The notes under the pieces were generated by a model. The model searched no databases. It was not told where the DNA came from and saw nothing but the letters and a program-made list of their open reading frames with translations. The translations under genes and the position numbers were made by a program. Below, one piece after another: positions 58,932 through 64,000 of a DNA stretch of 64,000 nt. Every line of letters starts with the position of its first letter. Within the stretch, counting starts at the first letter, position 1. Source of the stretch: an uncultured Pseudomonadota bacterium (lineage in GTDB: Bacteria > Pseudomonadota > Alphaproteobacteria > UBA9219); contig CAIPYM010000008.1 in assembly GCA_903869345.1 (NCBI GenBank), forward strand, positions 15,194-79,193, written 5' to 3'.

Positions 58932-59204
58932 TCCGGCGAGTTTTTCCTTCCTTCCACTTTATTGATTCGGTGCTTGCTGATGATCGCTCTCGGGATCGCC
59001 GTTGCGGGTGCCTTCTCGGTTATCGAGGCGGAGTCAACGGTAGGTGCCCCCGCCCCTCCTCTCCCTGACGAGCCGAAACCCACGACGGGCGCGAGCGCGT
59101 CCATGTCCTTGAGAATCAACCCCATGGCCCTTATCGTGCCCAAGGCCCGGACGCGAGCGCGTCACGTTCCCTTTTTGCCGCTCTGAATCTGCGAGGTTTC
59201 CGCC

Positions 59205-59696
59205 GTGCTCCCTCCCTCCTGTCGCCTGCGTCTCGCTCGAATCTGTGTGTTAGGGGGGATTGCGTGGGTCCTCGCAGGACCTGGGATCCATGATTCCGCG
59301 TGGGGTTCAGAAAAAGAAAGCGAGGCACATGGTTCGTCCCACGGATCCGGGGAAGGCTCCAAAACGTCGTCCAAAGATCACGCCTACCTGCACCTCAAGC
59401 CCCTGGTGGTGTCGGTGCTTAAGGAAAACACGCCCCAACAGATTGTCGCACTGCAGGTGGATCTGGTTCCGCGTAACTTCGAGGCCTCGGTCAAACTGCA
59501 AGACAACCTCTTGCGAATCCAGGATGCCTTGTTCAGTGCGGCCTACACAGGCCTGAGCGACGGATCACTGTACGCGGGGCCCACCGTGGATCTCTTGAAG
59601 ATCAAGGCCCGATTCGGGGAAGCCCTCAATAAACTGCTGGGCGCTGGCCTTGTGGAAGCGGTTTTGATCCAGTCGGTCAGCCAACGCAAACTGTAG
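59205..59696 (+). CDS. fliL: FliL-like flagellar basal body-associated protein
   Basis: Single N-terminal TM. The C-terminal domain matches the FliL pattern (YLHLKPLVV…, …FGEALNKLLGAGLVEAVLIQSVSQ). Confidence 0.5.
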   Translation: MLPPSCRLRLARICVLGGIAWVLAGPGIHDSAWGSEKESEAHGSSHGSGEGSKTSSKDHAYLHLKPLVVSVLKENTPQQIVALQVDLVPRNFEASVKLQDNLLRIQDALFSAAYTGLSDGSLYAGPTVDLLKIKARFGEALNKLLGAGLVEAVLIQSVSQRKL

Positions 59697-59789
59697 AGCC
59701 CTTCCCCTGTTGCTGCAAACAGGTTGGCAACCAACTCCGCGTTGTGACCACCAGAAGCGTCCGCGATGTCCCATCGAAGAATCTTTCCC

Positions 59790-61637
59790 CTAATCCCCGC
59801 TGTCGTCCGTGTCGGGGAGGGAGAGGTCGGGGGCCGGCGTGTCGTCCCCGCGTGCATCCACAACGGGTGGCAAAGCGAGGGTAGGGGTGCGGAGGTTCAG
59901 AATCTTCGCGCCCGGAAACGCCGTTTGGACGGCCTGCACAAGGGGGTGACGGGCGACGTTTTCACGCCGGGTGTTTTCCTCGGCTTTGGCGGCCTCGACC
60001 AAGGTCGGCGCACCGGGCTGATCCCCCAGAACGACCATCCAGCGCTCGCCGGTCGCGATCGACAAGAACCGCGCGAGGTTCGGCAAAAGGTCCGCGTCCG
60101 CACCCGGCTCGGGCGTAACCTCCAAACGTCCGGGCGCACATCGCACGAAACGAAGGGTTTGCTCGACCTGCACTTTCAGCCGCGCCTCCCGTCGTTCACC
60201 GCACAGCGCCGCGATCTCGGCCAAGGTCCGGGGAGAGGGGGCGAGTTCGATCCGGGAAGGCGCAGAGTCCTCGGCAAGAGGCTGACGCGCCAGGGCCGTG
60301 GCGGTTCCCGTCCCGTTGCCGGAAGTTCGATTTTCAAAACGGGCGGTGCCCGCGAAACTCACGTTCCCACCGGACCCTGACCCTTGGGGGGGGACTGGAT
60401 TTTCGGCGCGAGGCGCGGAGGCGCTTTCGGCCTGCAGGCGGCGGATCAGATCGGCGGGCGGGGGCAACGCGGCGGCGTAGGCTAGGCGAATCAGGATCAT
60501 CTCCACCGCCTCGGCGGGAGCCGGCGCGACTTGGGCCTCACCCAGGCCCTTCACGAGGATTTGCCACGCGCGGGTGAGCGCGGGAACGCCCAGGGCCGCC
60601 AACGAAGTGGCCTCGCGGCGCTCCTCGTCCGAGGTGTCGGCAAATTCGACCTCGGCTCCGATCAGGCACGCTCGGGTCAGGCGGTGGATGCGCTCGGCCA
60701 GGTCGCACAGCGTCTGCAAGGGGTCCGCGCCTGCGCTCCGGAGGTTTGCGAAACAGGCCAGAGCCTCGGGTGCTTGGCCGCGCAGCACATGCCCCGTGAG
60801 GATCAGGCTTTGGGAACGGTCGGCAAGGCCCAGCATGTCTTTGACGTCGGACGCCGTGATCGTGCCCTCGCCCCGCGCCATCGCCTGATCGAGGAGGCTC
60901 AGCCCGTCCCGCACCGAGCCATCGGCGGCGCGGGCAATCAGACGCAGGGCCTCGGGTTCAGCCTCGGCAACCTCGGCGGCGCAGATGGTGGTGAAGTGTG
61001 CCGCGAGGGTTTCGAGCTCAATGCGGCGCAGGTCAAACCGCTGGCACCGGGATAAGACGGTGACGGGGACTTTGCGAATCTCGGTGGTGGCGAAAATGAA
61101 CTTGACGTGCGGCGGGGGCTCTTCCAGCGTCTTCAGCAGCGCGTTGAAAGCATGCTTGGACAGCATGTGCACTTCGTCGAGGATGTAGACTTTGTACCTC
61201 GCCGAGGCGGGGCTGTAGCGCACGCCATCAATAATGTCCCGAATATCGTCCACGCCCGTGTGCGAGGCCGCGTCCAGCTCCAGGACGTCCACGTGGCGGT
61301 CTTCGGCAATCGCGCGGCAGGGCTCACACACCCCACACGGCGTGATCGTCGCGCCGCCCGTCCCGTCGGGGCCGACGCAATTCAGGGCGCGGGCAATCAG
61401 TCGGGCCGTCGTCGTTTTGCCAATCCCGCGCACCCCCGTCAGCATCCACGCATGGGGCAAGCGCTCCCGCGCAATGGCGTTGGCCAACGTGCGGACCATG
61501 GCCTCTTGCCCGATCAGCTGGTCAAACCGCGCGGGCCGGTATTTGCGGGCGAGCACACGGTAGGCCGGAAGGGGATTCCCGCCGGGGCCGTTCGACGAGG
61601 ACAGCTCATCACCTAAGAGAGAGGGCGTTTCGCTCAT
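59790..61637 (-). CDS. dnaX: DNA polymerase III subunits gamma/tau
   Basis: AAA+ clamp-loader motifs (GVRGIGKTT, DEVHML, SRC). Start ATG 61635-61637. Confidence 0.9.
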   Translation of the reverse strand: MSETPSLLGDELSSSNGPGGNPLPAYRVLARKYRPARFDQLIGQEAMVRTLANAIARERLPHAWMLTGVRGIGKTTTARLIARALNCVGPDGTGGATITPCGVCEPCRAIAEDRHVDVLELDAASHTGVDDIRDIIDGVRYSPASARYKVYILDEVHMLSKHAFNALLKTLEEPPPHVKFIFATTEIRKVPVTVLSRCQRFDLRRIELETLAAHFTTICAAEVAEAEPEALRLIARAADGSVRDGLSLLDQAMARGEGTITASDVKDMLGLADRSQSLILTGHVLRGQAPEALACFANLRSAGADPLQTLCDLAERIHRLTRACLIGAEVEFADTSDEERREATSLAALGVPALTRAWQILVKGLGEAQVAPAPAEAVEMILIRLAYAAALPPPADLIRRLQAESASAPRAENPVPPQGSGSGGNVSFAGTARFENRTSGNGTGTATALARQPLAEDSAPSRIELAPSPRTLAEIAALCGERREARLKVQVEQTLRFVRCAPGRLEVTPEPGADADLLPNLARFLSIATGERWMVVLGDQPGAPTLVEAAKAEENTRRENVARHPLVQAVQTAFPGAKILNLRTPTLALPPVVDARGDDTPAPDLSLPDTDDSGD

Positions 61638-61929
61638 GGGCCTTCCGGGAGAGAACACGACGGGGCGACCGTACCACAAACCCGCCCGGAGACCGAAAGA
61701 GCCGTATCTTTGTGGTCCACGTCTTTCTTGAGCTTATTATAGGCTGAACGCCCTGGATTCTCCTTTTCGTTGCCTTTCTTCCCCGTCGTCCCGACGGAGG
61801 CCAGAGTCCATGATCGTTTCTTCGATGACGGGGGTGGAGACAGGGCTGAGAAAAAGGCCCTTTTGTGCCGTTCTGTTGGCAGAGGTTGACCTTCTCCCCC
61901 TGGGCCCTGGGTGTGCTAGGTTTGCCCGC

Positions 61930-62622
61930 ATGAAAGGGGACGTTCTTCTTGCTCTGGCCCTGACCCTCGCGGGGGGGCTTGGCGTGGCGTTTTGGCCCGC
62001 CGTGGACCTTGCAACCGCGAGCCTTTTTGCCGTGCCGGGCGAAGGGTTTCCTCTGGCGCAAAATCCCATGCTGATCGTCCTGCACCAGACGGCCTCGCGT
62101 GGAGCGTGGATTCTAGGGGTGGGGCTTGTGGGCGCAGCGGCTTTTGCGGGAGTCCGCGCTCGGCCCTTGGGGGGCCTGTCGGCGCGTGGGTGGCTGTTTC
62201 TGGTGTGTGCACTGTTGGTGGGACCTGGGCTTGTTGTGAACGTGGGTCTTAAGGATCATTGGGGCCGTGCCCGCCCGAGTCAGATCGTTGAATTCGGCGG
62301 CACGCGTTCCTTCTCGCCCGCGCTGGAGCCACACGAATCCAAGGTTCCGAATGGCTCCTTCGTTGCAGGCGATCCCGCCGTGGGGTTCGCCTTCGTCAGC
62401 TTGGCGTTTCTGGTCGCTTCCGCGTGGCGGCGACGCATCTTTTGGGGCGGCGTGGCGCTTGGCGGTGTGCTCGGGCTGATGCGGATTGCGATGGGCGGGC
62501 ATTTTCTGAGTGATGTTCTGTTTTCCGGGTTCGTCGTCATCTTGACGAGCGCCGTCCTCGCACGGATTTTCTTCCCCGCATCGTTTGCCCCGTCGTTTCT
62601 TTCGAGGTCCCCCCATGCGTGA
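61930..62622 (+). CDS. PAP2-family lipid phosphatase
   Basis: KDHWGRARP (motif 1) and RIAMGGHFLSDV (motif 3), with a multi-TM topology. Start at MKGDVLLALAL. Confidence 0.6.
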   Translation: MKGDVLLALALTLAGGLGVAFWPAVDLATASLFAVPGEGFPLAQNPMLIVLHQTASRGAWILGVGLVGAAAFAGVRARPLGGLSARGWLFLVCALLVGPGLVVNVGLKDHWGRARPSQIVEFGGTRSFSPALEPHESKVPNGSFVAGDPAVGFAFVSLAFLVASAWRRRIFWGGVALGGVLGLMRIAMGGHFLSDVLFSGFVVILTSAVLARIFFPASFAPSFLSRSPHA

Positions 62623-63295
62623 AATTGTCCTGGATACCGAGACCACGGGCCTGCGTCCGCAGGACGGGGATCGGATTGTGGAGATCGGGTGTGTGGAGCT
62701 TGTCAGCCTTCTTCCGACGGGGCGGACGTGGCATGCGTACATCAACCCGGACCGTCCGGTGCCGGAGGAAGCCGCACGAGTCCACGGCCTGCGGGATGAT
62801 TTTCTCGCCGATAAGCCCGTGTTTGCCGCCATCGCAGAGGATTTTCTCGCGTTCATTGGCGATGACGTGCCGCTCGTCATTCACAACGCCCCGTTTGACG
62901 TCGGCTTTCTGAACCACGAGATGAAAATGTTGGGACTCCCGCGTCTGACCCCAACGCGGATCGTGGACACGCTCGACATGGCGCGGAAGTCGTTACCGCC
63001 GGGAACCTCGGCCTCACTCGATTCCCTCTGCCGCCGATTCAAGGTGGATCTCTCCGAGCGCAAGCTGCACGGAGCGCTGTTGGACGCCCAGCTTCTTGCG
63101 GCGGTGTACCTCGCCTTGCGCGGCGGGCGGGAGCCGGATCTGGCCATGGACACCACGCACGAAGGCGGGGAGTTTCTGACCGAGGCGGCCCCCGTAGCGG
63201 GGCGTGTTCACCGCGTTCCGCGTCCTCACGCTCCGACCGAGGAAGAGCAGGAAGCTCACGAGGCTTTTCTCGCGACCCTCAGAGCCCGTTCCTAA
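62615..63295 (+). CDS. dnaQ: DNA polymerase III epsilon subunit (3'-5' exonuclease)
   Basis: Exo I/II/III motifs (VLDTETTGL, HNAPFDVGFL, HGALLDAQLL). Start overlaps the PAP2 gene end. Confidence 0.85.
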   Translation: MREIVLDTETTGLRPQDGDRIVEIGCVELVSLLPTGRTWHAYINPDRPVPEEAARVHGLRDDFLADKPVFAAIAEDFLAFIGDDVPLVIHNAPFDVGFLNHEMKMLGLPRLTPTRIVDTLDMARKSLPPGTSASLDSLCRRFKVDLSERKLHGALLDAQLLAAVYLALRGGREPDLAMDTTHEGGEFLTEAAPVAGRVHRVPRPHAPTEEEQEAHEAFLATLRARS

Positions 63296-63309
63296 TCCTT
63301 GGCAAAAGC

Positions 63310-64000
63310 CTACCCAAACAGAGGGCTTCGCAAAAGGGACGTGGCGGATTTAGCGATGAGGGTGGCGATTTTTTGGCGCTGATCGGCTTGACGCAAGAGG
63401 GCCTCGTCGTGGGGGTTGGACAAGAAGCCCGTTTCCACGAGGACCGAAGGAATCTCAGGCGAGCGCAAGACGGCAAAATTGGCAGACCGCGTCGGATTTT
63501 CCAAAAGAGGCCACTTCCGGCCCACCAAACGCACGAGCCCCGCCTGGGCTCGCCGCGCAACGTCGCGTGTTCGGCGCGTGGTGAGATCAAACAGAATGGC
63601 GGCAACGTCCGGGTCATCCACGTTCAGGTCCTCCGGCCCCGTCAGTCCCGCGACGTTCTCACGCGCCGCGATTTGCCCGGCCAGCTTGTCCGAGGCGTGG
63701 GGCGAGAGCACGTACGTCGAAAGACCACGGGCCGCGCTGTTCGGAGCGCTGTCGGCGTGCAGGGACAGGAACAGATCGGCGTTGAGATGCTGGGCCAGTG
63801 CCACGCGCTCGGGCAGGGGCAGGAAAAGATCCTCGGTCCGCGTAAGATGGACTTTGACGCCCGGTGTGTCTTCCAAGGCGCTTGCGACGCGACGAGCAAT
63901 GTCCAAGACGATATTTTTCTCAAACGTGCCGTCCGTGAGGCCGAGGGCTCCGGGATCATGCCCCCCATGTCCGGGGTCCAGAACCAAAAGGCGCGGGCTG
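63310..64000 (-). CDS. N-acetylmuramoyl-L-alanine amidase (Amidase_3 domain); 5' end lies beyond the window
   Basis: Amidase_3 motifs (VLDPGHGG…SLHAD…). The reading frame stays open to the window edge. Confidence 0.75.
   Translation of the reverse strand, partial: SPRLLVLDPGHGGHDPGALGLTDGTFEKNIVLDIARRVASALEDTPGVKVHLTRTEDLFLPLPERVALAQHLNADLFLSLHADSAPNSAARGLSTYVLSPHASDKLAGQIAARENVAGLTGPEDLNVDDPDVAAILFDLTTRRTRDVARRAQAGLVRLVGRKWPLLENPTRSANFAVLRSPEIPSVLVETGFLSNPHDEALLRQADQRQKIATLIAKSATSLLRSPLFG

Noticed and set aside
61638-61929. SRP RNA (ffs) upstream of dnaX
   Set aside because: The conserved domain IV motif (GUCAGGUCCGGAAGGAAGCAGC) is absent on either strand. The region looks like a plain divergent promoter spacer.
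1-64000. CRISPR arrays, IS elements, integrases and rRNA genes
   Set aside because: No direct-repeat/spacer arrays, transposase- or integrase-like ORFs, or rRNA-like sequences were seen anywhere in the window.

Overview
This is a GC-rich alphaproteobacterial chromosomal window that contains a Caulobacter-type flagellar gene block (fliF-fliG-fliH/flbE-fliN-flbD, then flhA, all on the minus strand; an FliL-like gene lies separately). It is mostly housekeeping. Recognisable genes:
- Hopanoid side-chain genes hpnG and hpnH.
- pyk.
- A flagellar class II block: fliF-fliG-fliH/flbE-fliN-flbD, then flhA.
- A PilD-type prepilin peptidase directly upstream of fliF.
- uppP, rlpA and a lytic transglycosylase.
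- Two paralogous family-3 solute-binding proteins and an MsbA-like ABC exporter.
- A CckA-like hybrid histidine kinase divergent from psd.
- A GT39 glycosyltransferase, rlmB, smpB coupled to fhs, queH, pepA.
- rpmH-rnpA and ilvIH.
- rpoH overlapping a LpxD-family acyltransferase, followed by a second ABC exporter and a HIT protein.
- rlmJ, pheT (no pheS), amtB (no glnK), an NAD(P)HX dehydratase, proS, murU-like, tatD, an MBL hydrolase.
- A standalone ClpB-D1-like AAA+ gene followed by a MlaC-family gene, then a FliL-like gene, dnaX, a PAP2 phosphatase, dnaQ and a partial amidase.

Two tRNAs are present: tRNA-Gln(UUG) and tRNA-His(GUG) with an encoded G-1. There are no rRNA genes, CRISPR arrays or obvious mobile elements.

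Non-standard material is limited to a few points:
- Visibly AT-richer islands carrying orphan genes: a secreted Cys-rich ORF next to smpB, and a standalone multi-TM membrane protein between rlmJ and pheT.
- A 17-nt repeat that recurs downstream of two minus-strand operons and forms hairpins.
- A ~30-nt direct repeat flanking an unusually long pheT leader.
- An ssuB-like pseudogene fragment.
- Several translationally coupled gene pairs (ATGA overlaps).

I cannot identify a clear novel multi-gene system with confidence. The best candidates for follow-up are the two AT-rich orphan loci and the AAA+/MlaC pair.
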